From Octopus sinensis (lineage: Eukaryota): a DNA stretch of 31,857 bases. The notes beneath the pieces were generated by a model. The model saw nothing but the letters and a program-made list of their open reading frames with translations, was not told the origin of the DNA and ran no database searches. The translations under genes and the position numbers were made by a program. The DNA is taken from NCBI RefSeq assembly GCF_006345805.1, contig NW_021832732.1, positions 1 to 31,857 of the forward strand. The letters run 5' to 3'. Below, in pieces: positions 1 to 12,369 of this stretch (position 1 is the first letter of the stretch; each line of letters starts with the position of its first letter).

Positions 1-40
1 TGACGATGAGCAATACACTCAGAAGCATATGTCTTCAGGT
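1..40 (+). ncRNA. Hammerhead ribozyme motif, 5' part cut off by window edge, one core substitution
   Basis: (C)UGACGA, stem II UGAG/CUCA, GAAG (instead of GAAA), C-AUAU-G stem III, GUC cleavage triplet. Confidence 0.5.
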
Positions 41-235
41 GCCTCGTCCCGGCATGCGGGGGGGTGATTGCCCCCCCCCCGCAAATATAAGAACACAGAA
101 AATGTGTCAAAGCCGACAGGAGATGTCGACGTTTCCTAGGCTAAATGGCGCTGGTGTAATTCCCTAACGGGACTGTCACATTGAGTTGACAGTATACGAC
201 CACTATATGTTTTTTTTTCTGAACTGGAAAAAAAT

Positions 236-705
236 TCAAGGTGGCTTGTATTTGCTTAAAAGATAGTTGGCGACATGTTTACAAGGCATTAACTGTTCAG
301 TTCTTTTGTTTGAACTGTTGGTGTCTTGACTCAAAATTCTCAGTTTTTCACTCAAAGATCACACCACATCTTTGATTTGAAGCACCCAATCCTGTATGGT
401 TGTACATTATCTAGACCAGATAATTTTGAATTCATGAGGACTTGTCTCATCCAAGCAGTAGCACATTTTCTGTCAGGGCTGACAAGTGAATATTAATTCT
501 CATAATAGCAACTATGTTTTAGGTTCATCACTACTGTTTACTATCAACTTTGCCAGACAGTTACTGTCTACTGGACTGTTCTCTTTGAGTTCTACAATTG
601 CATGATCTTTGTTGGCTAGCTGCTTGCATCTTTCTTCCGTTCAGTTTCATGGTATTCTAACCTGATACAACTCCCAGAATTTATGCAAGCTGAATAACTA
701 ACCTT
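236..705 (-). mobile_element. Naiad-type Penelope-like element, degenerate GIY-YIG C-terminal fragment
   Basis: Minus-strand fragments read VSYSACIN...SCNCRT...PVDSNCLAK and LSEKLRILSQDTNSSNKRTEQLMPCKHVANYLLSKYKPP*. These match the Naiad CNC..CP..G.CL and L.EK..I..LN.R.E..CRH motifs. Confidence 0.6.
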
Positions 706-917
706 AAATCAGTTTCTATTCAATATTTTTCTATACCTGTGCCCTGCCAATAAATTGTGATCTATTAAATTAAGAAATTCTCTAGCTACATTAGTTTTTA
801 CTACTAGATTAAATACTGGGTTATACTATAAACTGTTCCATTTCCTATTTTTATGCTGCATATTCCCTACATTTTTTTTTATGTATTTAATCTTACTAGG
901 TTTTACTTATGTTTCCA

Positions 918-1060
918 TAACTTAGCAGTGTAGTAAAAGAGAATAGAATAAGCATCAGACTTAAAAAGCAAGTCCTGTGATTGATTTGTTCAGTTAGACA
1001 CTCCAAGGCAGTGCTCCAGCATGGCCACAGTCCAATGATTGAAAACAAATGAAAGATAAA
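918..1060 (+). mobile_element. 3' half of SINE family B with CR1-type tail
   Basis: AACTTAGCAG...GGCAGTGCTCCAGCATGGCCACAGTCCAATGATTGAAA, homologous to 27200-27335. Confidence 0.75.
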
Positions 1061-1664
1061 AATTAGAATTTCCCATTTAAGATTTCATGCTAATTTATGT
1101 TCCAAACGCCAGCTTACTAATGACAAATTAATTTCCTATATTCTTAATTATTTTCCAAATTAATTACAAAAATAACAAACTATTTCCTCAGAAATGTAGT
1201 GAAAAGGTCAAAGCCCACCAACCCCTTTGCCTAAAGCAGGCCTTCACTTTTCTCCAGGCGATAATTCTTTCATCAAGGTTAAACAAGAGATTGTTTCAAG
1301 AGACACAACCTAAATTTTTTTTTTTTTTTTTTTTTTTGCAAATGAGATATAAATAACGAATAAAAATTATTTGTATCTTGTTTTCCTTCTTACCATCACA
1401 TTGACATTTTCTGTTACCGTGATGGAAATGGAAAAGAAAGTTCAGATTAAGTAGTTTGAAATCTCCTGGAAGACTAAGGAACAATAGAAATTGTGTAACC
1501 AGCTACAAGGAATAATCGCTAAAAGAATCTGATTGAAATAGCTGTCACTTTGACAGCACTGTTATACTAATCTAATAACATATATGAAGTAAATTTGTGA
1601 GCAAAAATATAAATAAATGTAAAATATTACTGTTCGTTTATGTGATTGTTCTCTTCTGTTTTAG

Positions 1665-1769
1665 TGATATCCAAACAAGATAATAGCGTCAGCAAAAAAA
1701 TGAAAGAATATGAAAAAGCTAAAAATTATTTCATTGAGAGATTGGGTTTGCATTTCAAGAAGACGTCAA
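1665..1769 (+). CDS. SPC25: Kinetochore protein Spc25 homolog, internal coding exon (upstream exons not found in window)
   Basis: Polypyrimidine tract + AG at 1663-1664 and GTAAGC donor at 1770. The exon is 105 nt, phase 1-1, and reads xISKQDNSVSKKMKEYEKAKNYFIERLGLHFKKTS. This resembles the Spc25 coiled-coil end and RLGL motif as I recall it (human ...LYKDRLGLEIRKI). Confidence 0.85.
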
Positions 1770-2136
1770 GTAAGCTAATTTGTTTATTTTTTTTATTATT
1801 GTTTTTATTTCTGTGTGAATTTTATTTTGCTTTACCTGCAATGTGTGTTGTCTCTGTCTTTCGGTTCCAGTCATTTTGGCAGACTTTCTCTTATTTTCTT
1901 ACAAGCAAATTAATTGGAGTTCTTGTATGATAGTGATTTTTTTCGTTACCCCGCCCCCTTATCCCTCTCTCATCTCCTTTTTATTTTTTTCACCTTTACC
2001 TTTGTTGTTACTAAGACTTCCCATATATAGTTGTTCTTACGCCTCCTTTCTTGCAATATAAAAATAAAATAAACAATTGGAAATCTTGTGTGTGTGTGTG
2101 TATGTGTGTGCGCGCACACGCTTATGCCATAAATGT

Positions 2137-2262
2137 GAGCTTAGTTGTGTGGTTAAGGAGTTTGCTTCCCAACCATGTAGTCTCAGGTTCGGTCCCACTG
2201 CATGTAACTTTGGGCAAGTGTCTTGTAGATAGCCCCAGGCCAACCAAAGCCTTGTAAGTGAA
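2137..2262 (+). mobile_element. SINE family B, 5' tRNA-derived part
   Basis: GTGTGGTTAAG...GGTTCGGTCCCACTG...CTTTGGGCAAGTGTCTT, homologous to 26931-27060. Confidence 0.8.
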
Positions 2263-2987
2263 TTATATATATACACACACACATACACTTTTCTTTCAGA
2301 GTATCATTATAACTCTCCAACAAGCAATAATGTGAAACTCTGAGTAACAGTTTGTGGAGATTCTTTTGGATTTAATAGGAAACATATTACTTCAGTAGTT
2401 GAGTAATATTTTTTCTACCTTGTTTTGTATTCATGTTCCCACTTGTGTGTGAGTGTGTCTATATATATATATGCTAAATGAATAAATATTCAAATATGTT
2501 TATATAGATATTGTTATTAATTATTTTCATTAGTAAAATGAATAATAACAATAATAATACAGGTGGCCAACAAGCAGAAGCCGATAACTGACAAAGCCAA
2601 AATTTTGTAATTAATTTATAATTATATTAGGGCACATGTGGTGCCAGCATTGTTGTGAAAATCAAACTCGAAAAATCCTCTAAGAAAACCACCAATCACT
2701 GGAAAAATAAGCACAACAGAAATTGGGCTACAAGCAAAGACATTAACTTAGCATCTTGACAGAAAGCTGTAGAATGAGGAAATAGATATCTCTGGATCAA
2801 CTGATATCAAATTTTGAGAGTTTACTTCCCTTAATTCTCATCAGCAGGTCTCACTATATACCTAGGGTTAAAAACTTTGCTCGATTCATTGTGCTTGGTA
2901 ACTGTTGAAAGCTAGCGCCAAATTCAAAAATGGTGTCAGTGAATAAAATGACTAAATAAATAGATATTCAAAAATAATTATATAGAT

Positions 2988-3270
2988 CATCATCATCATT
3001 TAACATCCATTTTCCATGTTAGCATGGGTGGGATGGTACCACAAGAGCTGGCCAGGCCGAAGCCTGCACTGAACTTCTGTGACAGTTTTGGCAGATTTTT
3101 TACAGCTGGATGCCCTTCCTAATGCCAACCACTCAGCAGAGTGGACTTAGTGCTTTTTATGTGGCACAACCACAGGTAAGGTGAGTAGTGCTTTTTATGT
3201 GGCACAAGCGAGGTTAGTTTTGGCAAGGTTTTTATAGTTGCTCTTCCGAACACTAACCACTTTACAGGGT
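2988..3270 (-). mobile_element. RTE LINE 3' tail fragment
   Basis: Reverse complement of GTGGTTGGCATTAGGAAGGGCATCCAGC...(GAT)n; homologous to 4260-4427. Confidence 0.75.
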
Positions 3271-4032
3271 TTGTACTTTGGGTCCACTTCAGATTAAACT
3301 GGATGAAGAAAGTGTTTGATGTTTAGTGTCCAGTAGAAGGGAGGAGTGTTGCTATTTATAGGAACTTTACCTAGAGCTCACCTAGCCGTAGTTGTAGGTG
3401 GAACATATTCTTAAAGTAGGTCATGGTTGGCTTTTTTTTTTTTTTTGCAGTGTTCTTAGTATTTCTCATTAGTTTTGTGTACTACCTGTTGCATAGAGTA
3501 CATTGTCCACTTAGAAGTATTTTGTTAGCTTTGATTCATTTTGTGCAGTTTTGGTTGCTTGTTTATTAGTAACGTGTATATTATTCTGCCTAAATAGAGA
3601 ATTCCCCAAAATAGTACGTGGTCTATACATGGATGATGCACTTTTCACCCTGTTTAACCCCTCCAACCTAGAAATAGAAAAAAAATTAGGAAGAAATTAT
3701 TTTTTAAGAAGGTAGGGCTTTCTATATCAATAGAAGAAGAACATAACTCACTTACTAGATGTTACGCTAGATCTAAGTACTGGAATATACAAGCCATATC
3801 ACAAACCAAATGCAAACCTTAAGTACATACACAAAAGTTGTAATCACCCTAGATGTATAACCCAATCAATAATAGAGCAAATATCTACCCAGATTTCAGA
3901 TCTTTCAGCAAACAAAGAAATATTCAAATTAAATGAAGATTACTATAACTTAGCACTAGAGAAGGTGGGATACTTGGAAAAATTAAAATTCTGCAACAGA
4001 AACACTGATAGAATAAATGCATATAGTAAGAT

Positions 4033-4427
4033 GACTGGCTTCTGTGCCGGTGGCATATAAAAAGCACCATCCGAACGTGGCTGATGCCAGCGCCGCCCCG
4101 ACTGGCTCCTGTGCCGGTGGCACATAAAAAGACCATCCGAACGTTGCCAGCGCCGCCTTGGCTGGCTTCCGTGCCGCTGGCACGTTAAAAGCTCCAACCG
4201 ATCGTGACCGATGCCGGACCCCCCCCCCCCCCCGGCACCTGTGCAGGTGGCACGTAAAAAGCACCCACTACACTCGCGGAGTGGTTGGCGTTAGGAAGGG
4301 CATCCAGCCGTAGAAACTCTGCCGGATCAGTCTGGAGCCTGGAGCAGCCCCTGGCTTCCCAGACCCCGGTCAAACCGTCCAACCTGTGCTAGCGCGGAAA
4401 ACGGACATTAAACGATGATGATGATGA
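4033..4427 (+). mobile_element. RTE LINE 3'-UTR fragment with internal ~60-bp tandem units and (GAT)n tail
   Basis: Repeated GCCGGTGGCACRTAAAAAGCACC units. The same sequence follows the RTE ORF at 8528-8575. Confidence 0.8.
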
Positions 4428-4672
4428 AGATAGACAATCCTAACATTAGTTACAGAATACTTGATAACCTAAACAGCACCACAGACTACCTAGGGAAGAC
4501 AGAGAGGATGCCTATAAAGGTGGGAAGTTTGAAAACATAGAACTTCGCCACAGAGTACCTGACAATAAAAGGAAGTGTTGGTGTTTAAAGGATTTGTACC
4601 CCATACAGAATTAAATAACCAGAATAGCAATTAGAAGCATTAATAAGCTGCACCTTAGTAGAGGAGAAAACC

Positions 4673-4905
4673 TATTTCTCTATTACCCACAAGGGGCTAA
4701 ACATAGAGGGGACAAACAAGGACAGACAAACGGATTAAGTCGATTATATCGACTCCCAGTGCGTAACTGGTACTTATTTAATCGACCCCGAAAGGATGAA
4801 AGGCAAAGTCGACCTCAGCAGAATTTGAACTCAGAACGTAGCGACAGACGAAATACTGCTAAGCATTTCGCCCGGTGTGCTGATGCTTCTGCCAGCTCGC
4901 CTAAG
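4673..4905 (-). mobile_element. SINE family A (tRNA-derived, Meta-domain-like centre)
   Basis: GGCGAGCTGGCAGAAG...GAGTTCAAATTC...GCCTTTCATCCTTTCGGGGTCGA. 10-bp TSD GGAGAAAACC at 4663-4672 and 4906-4915. Confidence 0.9.
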
Positions 4906-5852
4906 GGAGAAAACCACTACTGAAACTTGACTTGTCCTACAAACAATTATACCAAAAATATTTCTAATACTACAGAGTGGTATATAATTCCATTCAGGAA
5001 ACAGGTAGCTTCAGACCTTCCTAATGTGTTCTATTCAGTGTTGGAAAGACACTTTCCTAGAAATAGCAAATACTACAAAAAATTTTAGTACATATAGAGC
5101 TCAACTGGCTTTTTCTTATAGCGGTAATCTCGCACAAATTATAGCTGCTCACAATGGAAACAAGATTAGCAACTACCGGGAAGATCATGATAACAAGAAT
5201 ACATATAATAGATTAATAGTAAATAACAACAATATTAACATAAGCAATGAAATTGTAATTAATCACACTAGGTGTCAGAGGAGATATTTTGATAGAACTT
5301 GCGTTCAAAGAGAAACAACCCTAGAATACTCTCTCGCGAGAAACTAGAACTGCTAGTAAGTGCTGTACCCAAAATGACATCATTAGAGGCATCAGAAATA
5401 ACTTGGAAAATAATTCAGGGAAGATCACTAGTAAAGCTAACATCGCAAATAATAATAGAAATAAACAAACTAGTCTCTGTTGCTGTGCAAAAAATAGGTG
5501 TCTGTTAAATTCTAAATGTAAAACAGAAAATGTCTACAAATGTAAAGTTACCTCTGAAAATAGGATATACTTTTATATTGGTGCAAGTGCACTCTTTGTC
5601 AAACAAAGGTTTGCTAATCATTTAAGTTCATTTAAAGATAGGGTAAAAATAAATAATACTAGCCTAAGTAAGTTAATTTGGTCGCTTAAGATAAAAACAA
5701 AATCTATTTAATTGATTGGGAAATAATTAGTGCCGCTAAAGCTTATAAAATAGGTGGAAAGAGATGTGACTTATGTGTGGAAGAACTGTACCAAAATCTT
5801 CAAAATATACATGAGTAAACACTTAAGAACAAGCACTGAGATGTCTTCACGC

Positions 5853-7203
5853 TTAACTACCGACTGGTTTCCCTTACATCAATAATCAGCAAGATGTTCG
5901 AAACCATCCTTAAGAAAAGTATGATGCTCCACCTCCTAAACACAGCCTCGATCACTGATTCCCAACACGGCTTCGTGCTGAAGAGATCATGCTTGACCAA
6001 CTTACTAGTAATGGAAGAATTGGTGACGCGCATCCTCGATGATAGTGATGCTGTTGACATCGTTTTATTGGACTTTGCCAAAGCTTTTGACTCGGTAAAC
6101 CACCGCCTACTACTTGTCAAGCTTCAAGCATATAGTTTCCATCCGGATATTGTACGATGGGTTGGTGCCTTCCTCTCAGATCGCTCCTTCCAAGTTCAAG
6201 TTAATGGTTCGCAGTCCGACGTCTCCAGTGCGAGGCAGTGGCGTGCCTCAAAGTTCAGTGCTTGGGCCCTTGTTGTTCTTAGTCTTCATAAATGACTTGC
6301 CCGACGACCTCATGCAACACACCCTTCTATTTGCCGACGATATCAAACTGGTCGCTCCTCGTGGTAGTATAGAGGATCTTCATCGATGCCTCCACCAAAT
6401 TTGGAAGTGGTCTAACGATTGGGACCTGTGTCTGAACGTGTCAAAGTGCTGTCATCTGCCTGTCGGCTCTACTCCTGCAACTCAACTTGATTTCGAGCCG
6501 GGTCGTCTGCTGCTGGAGAGGACCGATCAGGTAAAGGACCTGGGTATCTTGGTGGATTCCTCCTTTTCGCCTTCGGCCCAGTGCGTCCATGCTGCCAACA
6601 AAGCGCGCGGAATTCTGTTTTTGATTCGACGGTCATTCGGAATGCTCACAGCAGCCATATTCCTGCCACTCTATGTCACGCTGGTGAGACCCATATTGGA
6701 GTATGGGATTCAAGCCTCTTCTCCTTATCTCCTCAAAGACATACAGCACCTCGAAAGAGTCCAGAGGCTGGCTACCCGCATGGTTCATGGTCTCAAAAAT
6801 TTGTCCTACGAAGAAAGGCTGAGGAGGCTCGACCTTTGTTCTCTTGAAAAACGCCGCCGCCGTGGTGATCTCATTCTCATAAGCGGGAAGTGTAACCTCT
6901 CGAAAGAGCTGTTCTTCACTCCTGCTCCGGAGCGTCGGCTGCGGGGTCATTCCGAAAAGCTCTACCTGCGACGATTTCATCTCAATCGAAGGAGAGGAGC
7001 TTTCTCCGTCCGGGTTGCGGATCCGAGGAACAAGCTGCCAGACGAGATGGTGAAGATGCCGACGACCGCTTTGTTCAAAGCCTCCCTGGACCTCAAGTGG
7101 CCTGAACTCTTTACATGAACACCACCCTGTACTTAACTCCATGTCCCCCTACATGGCCTTGCTATTTGCTTTTGAGCCAAATTAACTAACTAACTAACTA
7201 ACA
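5853..7203 (+). mobile_element. 5'-truncated CR1-group LINE (RT), frameshifted, with (CTAA)n tail
   Basis: Motifs NYRLVSLTS, QHGF, DFAKAFDSV, GVPQSSVLGPLLF, FADD and FSVRVA..NKLP across ORFs 5894-6295 and 6114-7118. Tail AACTAACTAAC at ~7184-7202. Confidence 0.93.
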
Positions 7204-7556
7204 AATAGATTTTTAGTTGGTTCAAATAAATGCAATACTAATAAATGAGCAACCAAAGCCCCCAAAAATGAATCAAAGCTAACAAAATACTTCTAAGTAG
7301 ACAATACTGCAAAAAAATATAATAAAGACAGCCTTGATCTATTTCAAGAATATGCTCCACGTACAACTATGGCAGTTCTTAATGCACATGACTGATAATA
7401 TTGCAAGGTTGCATTTGCAACAATGTGCAATCACTGCAGTGGAAAACATGCATAGGTCATGATGATATGCTGTAAATGACTAAAAAAATAAATTATTGAT
7501 GTGCAAATCTCCATTCTCCTTATTATTGATATATTTATTATATACTGGTACTTATT

Positions 7557-7772
7557 GAAAGAGTACAATGGACTTACCATGAGGAGTGGCAAGTTCAATG
7601 CTTCAGACAGTGTCCTTCTTGGAGAAGTTGAAAAGAAAGAAATAATTTCACCTTAGAAAACGTAAAACTCTGTCTCTCATTTATTTGTCTCCTCTTAACT
7701 TTTCCCTGAAGAAGAACTCTTCCTGAAACGTTAGATTTTCCACTGCTCATGGTAACTTCATTGTATGCTTTT
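7557..7772. repeat. Diverged inverted repeat containing a degenerate HHR-like core
   Basis: 7557-7590 is roughly the reverse complement of 7740-7772. CTGAAGA (7706-7712)...GAAACGTT (7725-7732). Confidence 0.45.
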
Positions 7773-7856
7773 TATTAATTTTACTACAAAAGTCTTGTTA
7801 ATGCAGACCAACAGCAGCCTCTTATGAACCAGTTTCATCATATATATATATATACA

Positions 7857-8575
7857 TGTGTTACCACTAGAATAAGAATAGCCTGGGCAAAGTTTAGAAA
7901 GCTTCTACCCCTACTGGTGATAAGGGGCCTCTCGCTCAGTGTGAAAGGTAGATTGTATGATGCATGTGTGCAAACTGCTACGCTTCACGGCAGTGAAACA
8001 TGGGTCATGACTGCGGAGGACATGTGTAGGTTCGAAAGAAATGAAGCTAGCATGATCCACTGGATGTGCAATGTCAGTGTGCACACATGACAGAGTGTAA
8101 GTGCCCCGAGAGAAATGTTGGACATAAGAAGCATCGGTTGTGGTGTGCAAGAGAGATATTTACGCTGGTATGGTCATGTACTACAGATGGATGAAGAGAG
8201 ATGTGTGAAGAAGTGTCACTCCCAAACAATCCAGGGTAGAGGTAGACCCAGGAAGACATGGGGATGAGGTGGTCAAGCATGACCATTGAATGTTGGGCCT
8301 CACAGAGGCAATGACGAAAGACTAAGACCTCTAGAGATATGCTGTGACTGCAAAGACCCGGCAAATAAAGTGAGTTCATGGCTGTATCCGACACCAGTTT
8401 CGCATAACCAGCCCCAGCCCATTCAAAAGTTCCTTGGATTGTAGGGTGACCTACAGTGCTTGAGGAGACCTATTGAGTCAAGTGCATCAAAATAAAAATC
8501 AAATGGAAATTGTAGTTGTGATACCCATGCTGGTGGCATGTAAAAAGCACCATCCGAATGTGGCTGATGCCAGCT
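7857..8575 (+). mobile_element. RTE LINE 3' fragment (ORF end + UTR), degenerate
   Basis: RIRIAWAKFRKLLPLL...KGRLYDACV...LHGSETW and GRGRPRKTW motifs, with stops and frameshifts. Confidence 0.88.
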
Positions 8576-8690
8576 TTGGACAACCTGAAACTATAGCAGA
8601 AGACATTTACCCAAGGTGCCATGCAGTGGGACTGAACCCAGAACCACGTGGTTGGGAAGGAAGCTTCTCACCACACAGCTATGCCTACAC
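8575..8690 (-). mobile_element. SINE family B head fragment
   Basis: Reverse complement of GCTGTGTGGTGAGAAGCTT...GGGTTCAGTCCCACTGC...CCTTGGGTAAATGTCTT. Confidence 0.8.
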
Positions 8691-8844
8691 CATATGGCAA
8701 ATTTCCATTTGTTCCTGGTAGATTTAATCTTTAATTTAACAGGAGTGGCAACATTGCCTGAGCAATAACATGACTCATGGATGAGAGGTGTTCTTTTTTT
8801 CACAATCTGTGAAATTTTCTAACTTTGTGGACTCCTCTTGAGGT

Positions 8845-9170
8845 GTAAGGTATGACTATGCAATTAAAAAGTCCATTACCCAACCATCTGGTTTCAGGTT
8901 CAGTCCCACTGTATGATACCTTGGCAAATGTTTTTTATAGGTCTAAGTTGCCCAGTCTTAGAAGATTTTAGTGTGTGTGTGTTTCCTTGTCTTGACGTTG
9001 CATAGCTATGAGTGTGACCATGACTGTGAAGTCATTTCTTTCTAATCCTTTAAGGAAGAATCCCCTTGCTTGGAAACAATGAGGGTTGGTAATATGATGA
9101 GCATTCAGTTGAAGGAAATCTGTTGACAAAATCTGTCTGACTCGTGTGGGCATTAAAATGATGATGATGA
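8845..9170 (+). mobile_element. Old SINE: family-B head + (TG)n + RTE-type (GAT)n tail
   Basis: GGTTCAGTCCCACTG head, then TTCCTTGTCTTGAC...CTTGGAAACA...GGTTGG...ATTAAAATGATGATGATG. Confidence 0.6.
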
Positions 9171-9386
9171 GGAAACTTGCTGGAAGGAATAAAAGAGTGA
9201 GAAATAGATATGAGGAAAAGGGTATAGGAACAGCCATTAAAATATGAATAGCATGATGGGATGGTCACAGTTGGATTGCCTTTTGGTCATTTGATTACTG
9301 AACTGCTCAGTTGGAGCTAAACATCAACAAGAATAATATTTAACTTACAATGAGCTTGTTTCATAAGGAGGTAGAGTTCATAGTTT

Positions 9387-9480
9387 TAACCCATGGTATT
9401 CAGATAATTCTCGCAAATATAATGCAAAACATGTAGCATGTTAGGGCTGGATACGGCCAGTTTAAATACTAAACAGTTAG
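9387..9480. mobile_element. Internally deleted copy of the piggyBac-type MITE at 12545-12763
   Basis: TTAACCC...ATTCAGAT and GGGCTGGATACGGCCAGTTTAAATACTAAA are shared with 12541-12767. Confidence 0.55.
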
Positions 9481-10093
9481 AATGTCGAGTTGTATTATAA
9501 TTTGGGGTTAATTCATTATCTTGTTTACTATTAGTGTTAACCCCCTTGTGGGTTTGGACCAAGCAACCAGAAACCATTTTAGTGCCCCCACCCCCATCCC
9601 CGATTCCTCCAAGTTTTCCATCCAGAAATTATCAGCAACATCACCAGGAGTTCAATCTCCTCATGACTTCCTTTCAATTATAGAAAGCATTAACAAAAAA
9701 AAAAATAAATAAATAAAAATAATGAAATAAGAATAAAATATAGAAATAGAATTTAAAAAAAAAATTTAAATCAACTAATATTTGGCTGACAACAACAAAA
9801 AAAGAAAAAAGGAGAGGTGTGAAACAGATAATGAGATATTAACGAAAATAATGAAAAAATATTAATAAAGTAAGGCTTGATTTTTATTCCATTTATGGTT
9901 TGTGTATATTTCCGAATGTGCCTGCTGTTGCTATGGTGTTGTGGTGGGAAGGTGGTCGTGGGGGCAGTGGACAAATTCTTAGGGCAAAATTGAAAGACCA
10001 CCTCTATCAATTGTTAGTGGAGAGTGAAGTGGCTGTTGAGATTTCATTCAGTAAATATCCCTGGTTTGACATTAGGTTGGGGGAATTAATTTA

Positions 10094-10200
10094 AATAATA
10101 ATAATAATAGTTTAAGGAATAATAATAATAATAATAATAGTAATAATAATAATTTAAATAATAATAATGAGAATAATAATTTAAATGATGATGATGATTA
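10094..10200. repeat. (AAT)n/(GAT)n microsatellite
   Basis: Direct reading. Confidence 0.9.
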
Positions 10201-10989
10201 TAAAGTATAATAAAAATTGATGAAATAGGAAAAACACATTTATAAATAACCGATGAATTAACTCACATTTGCCAAGACGAACAGACATTGTTCTTGTCAC
10301 AATTGGAAAAGCACTTTGTTGTAATGTGAATCTTTTATTACTTTGCCACAAAGTCTTTCTCTTTCGTATTTTAAAAGAAACTAATGATAAGAAGCAGCAA
10401 GGTGATTTAATTTTTTTCTTCTTTTTTTGGGGGGGATTGTATTGTATTGTATCGTATTGTTTTGTATTCTATTAAATGTAATATCAAAAAGATGAAGGAG
10501 AGAAGGCAAAAAAAACCAAAAAAAAAACCTAAAAAATTACAAGAAAAAAAATTTCTGTAAATAAGATAGCAAATATTTCTGCCATAAATTGCAAATTTGT
10601 CTTTAGGCAAAAAAGCTGAAGGTCCATTAGACTTGGTTGAATGACTTGTGAATGGCTTAAAACATGGGTTTCAAGCTTATGTAATCTAGTTTCAGTTAAG
10701 TAGCGCTGATATTTTCATAAGTTGTGGTGGTATTAAAGTTGATGTCTCAAAGATGTTTTCTGATCATCTTCTAGAACTCAATATTTGCTTCAGAGATTTT
10801 AGATTGAAATCTTAAAATAATTTCACTGGCAAAATATGGTTTTATTTTACTTTTTTTTTTTTTTATATATATTTAATTCATAGAGTAATAATTCTTCAGG
10901 TTTGAGCAGTTGTGTTTTTGTTTTCCTTTTATAACATTCATGGTAATTATGCATGTGTATACATGCATACACGTGTCTTTATATTTAAA

Positions 10990-11232
10990 AAAAAACACCA
11001 CTTGAGCGTGGCCATTGCCAGTACTGCCTGACTGGCCCTTGTGCTGGTGGCATGTAAAAGCACCCACTATACTCTCGGAGTGGTTGGCATTAGGAAGGGC
11101 ATCCAGCTGTAGAAACTCTGCTAGATCAGATTTGAGCCTGGTGCAGCTATCTGGTTCACCAGTCCTCAGACAAATTGTCCACCCATGCTAGCATGGAAAG
11201 CAGATTTTAAACAATGATGATGATGATGATGT
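10990..11232 (+). mobile_element. RTE LINE 3' tail fragment
   Basis: AGCACCCACTATACTCTCGGAGTGGTTGGCATTAGGAAGGGCATCCAGC...(GAT)n, homologous to 4260-4427. Confidence 0.85.
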
Positions 11233-11427
11233 CTGTTTACATATGTGTGTGTGTGTAAGTGTGTATATATATATATGTGTGTGTGTATATATATGTGCAT
11301 ATATGTTTGTGAATGGGTATATATATATGTGTATATTGTGTGTGTGTATTTGTGTATATATGTATATTTCTGCTTCAGCAACTCAGTGGAAATGACACTG
11401 ACTATAGATTAAAAGATAAAAAATTTG

Positions 11428-11710
11428 TTACAGGTGGAACATTGGTAAGGTACAATGACTCTAGTATCCATGTGCAAGGTTCAGTCAAATTCTTTTATAT
11501 AGTCTATCTACCTATATTATCACTAGACTTGTGATACTGTTTAATTTCTTGAAGGAAAGCATTGAATAAGGGCTGTCTGATACAGTGTCAGACTTCTTCC
11601 TTCCCTCTTGCCTACTCATCAGTCATAACATGGCTTTTTTTTTTCATAGCAATCTTGGTAAAATACATTCAAGCAACCTGTGTACAGTTTATACATAAAG
11701 CTTTTAGTTT
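11428..11710 (-). pseudogene. Highly degenerate R4/Dong-like non-LTR RT fragment
   Basis: Minus-strand fragments MYKLYTGCL and IDYIKEFD...TWILESLYLTNVP resemble YKLxT and WIDYxKAFDSVPHxWIxExL. Confidence 0.45.
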
Positions 11711-12369
11711 GCTTCTGTTGTTTTTTGCCACATACAGCTTCTAGTGTTGTCTGTGTAATTGCCAGCAAGTCTGGCCTAAACCCATCAAGTTCAGCATCCT
11801 TGTTTCTTTTATTTTTATTTTTATTTGAACAGGTTAACACAAGTTTTCTCATAGAACATGAACTTTCGATACTAGCATTCATTTTTCTCCAGATGATTTT
11901 ATATTTAATAGCTTTGCAGCAACAGACAAGAGAGTTTCGCAAGTGGTGTTGCACATTTTAAGAGAGATATTTTGCACAATATTATGTATGTTAGTCTGGT
12001 TACATATTTTAAAAATTCTTTTCCACAAGAGAACGAGCTGGTCTCCAATCAAGAAGCAAGACTCTTTAATTGGAATTTTGATAGCATTATGATTATGTAC
12101 ATACCAGATGTTTCTCTTCATATTATGAGTAATGTTTGGAATATACTTTTACCACTGTGAGTTATATCAGTTGGTATTACACAGGTTTATTAATAATATT
12201 TTTACTTTTGCCAAATGTTGGTGATTACATGATCTAATTTAAATGAGCACTAATTAATGCCAACAAAATAAACATTGGCGATGCTTTGCAGCATACAAAA
12301 ACCACAGGGGCTACTCAGAGGTATTGCAAGCTCTTCTGAATCCATTGCAATGTCAGAAACCCTTCTGTA

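Larger units (their letters stand above)
3386..7372 (+). mobile_element. 5'-truncated Naiad-type Penelope-like element (RT C-terminus + GIY-YIG) with an inverted copy of its 3' end, interrupted by three insertions
   Basis: GLYMDD at ~3620 and LLDVTLDLSTGIYKPYHKPNANLKYIHKSCNHP at ~3755-3850. The GIY-YIG region at 5478-5790 reads CCCAKNRCLLNSKC...VY...YIG...KQRFANH.SSF...TSLSKLIWSLK...W.I...RCDLC. Segment 3386-3575 is the reverse complement of 7232-7372. Confidence 0.8.

Noticed and set aside
345-375. TGT GAT CTT TGA on the minus strand: possible selenocysteine UGA at the second Cys of the Naiad CxLC motif
   Set aside because: The downstream LSEK is in another frame, and a 4-nt deletion from TGT TTG explains it more simply. 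I saw no SECIS.
2800-2850. Minus-strand CTGATGAGA...CTCTCAAAA as another hammerhead
   Set aside because: GAAA is absent and stems I and III do not pair convincingly.
2540-2960. Possible Tc1-like DNA transposon remnant
   Set aside because: I found no matching TIR pair or transposase motif.
6633-7142. 169-aa antisense ORF
   Set aside because: It is the shadow ORF of the GC-richer CR1 coding strand.
11680-11961. Hydrophobic 93-aa ORF, and GFRPDL as an endonuclease motif on the opposite strand
   Set aside because: There is no splice or start context, and the position upstream of the RT motifs is inconsistent with a C-terminal RLE.
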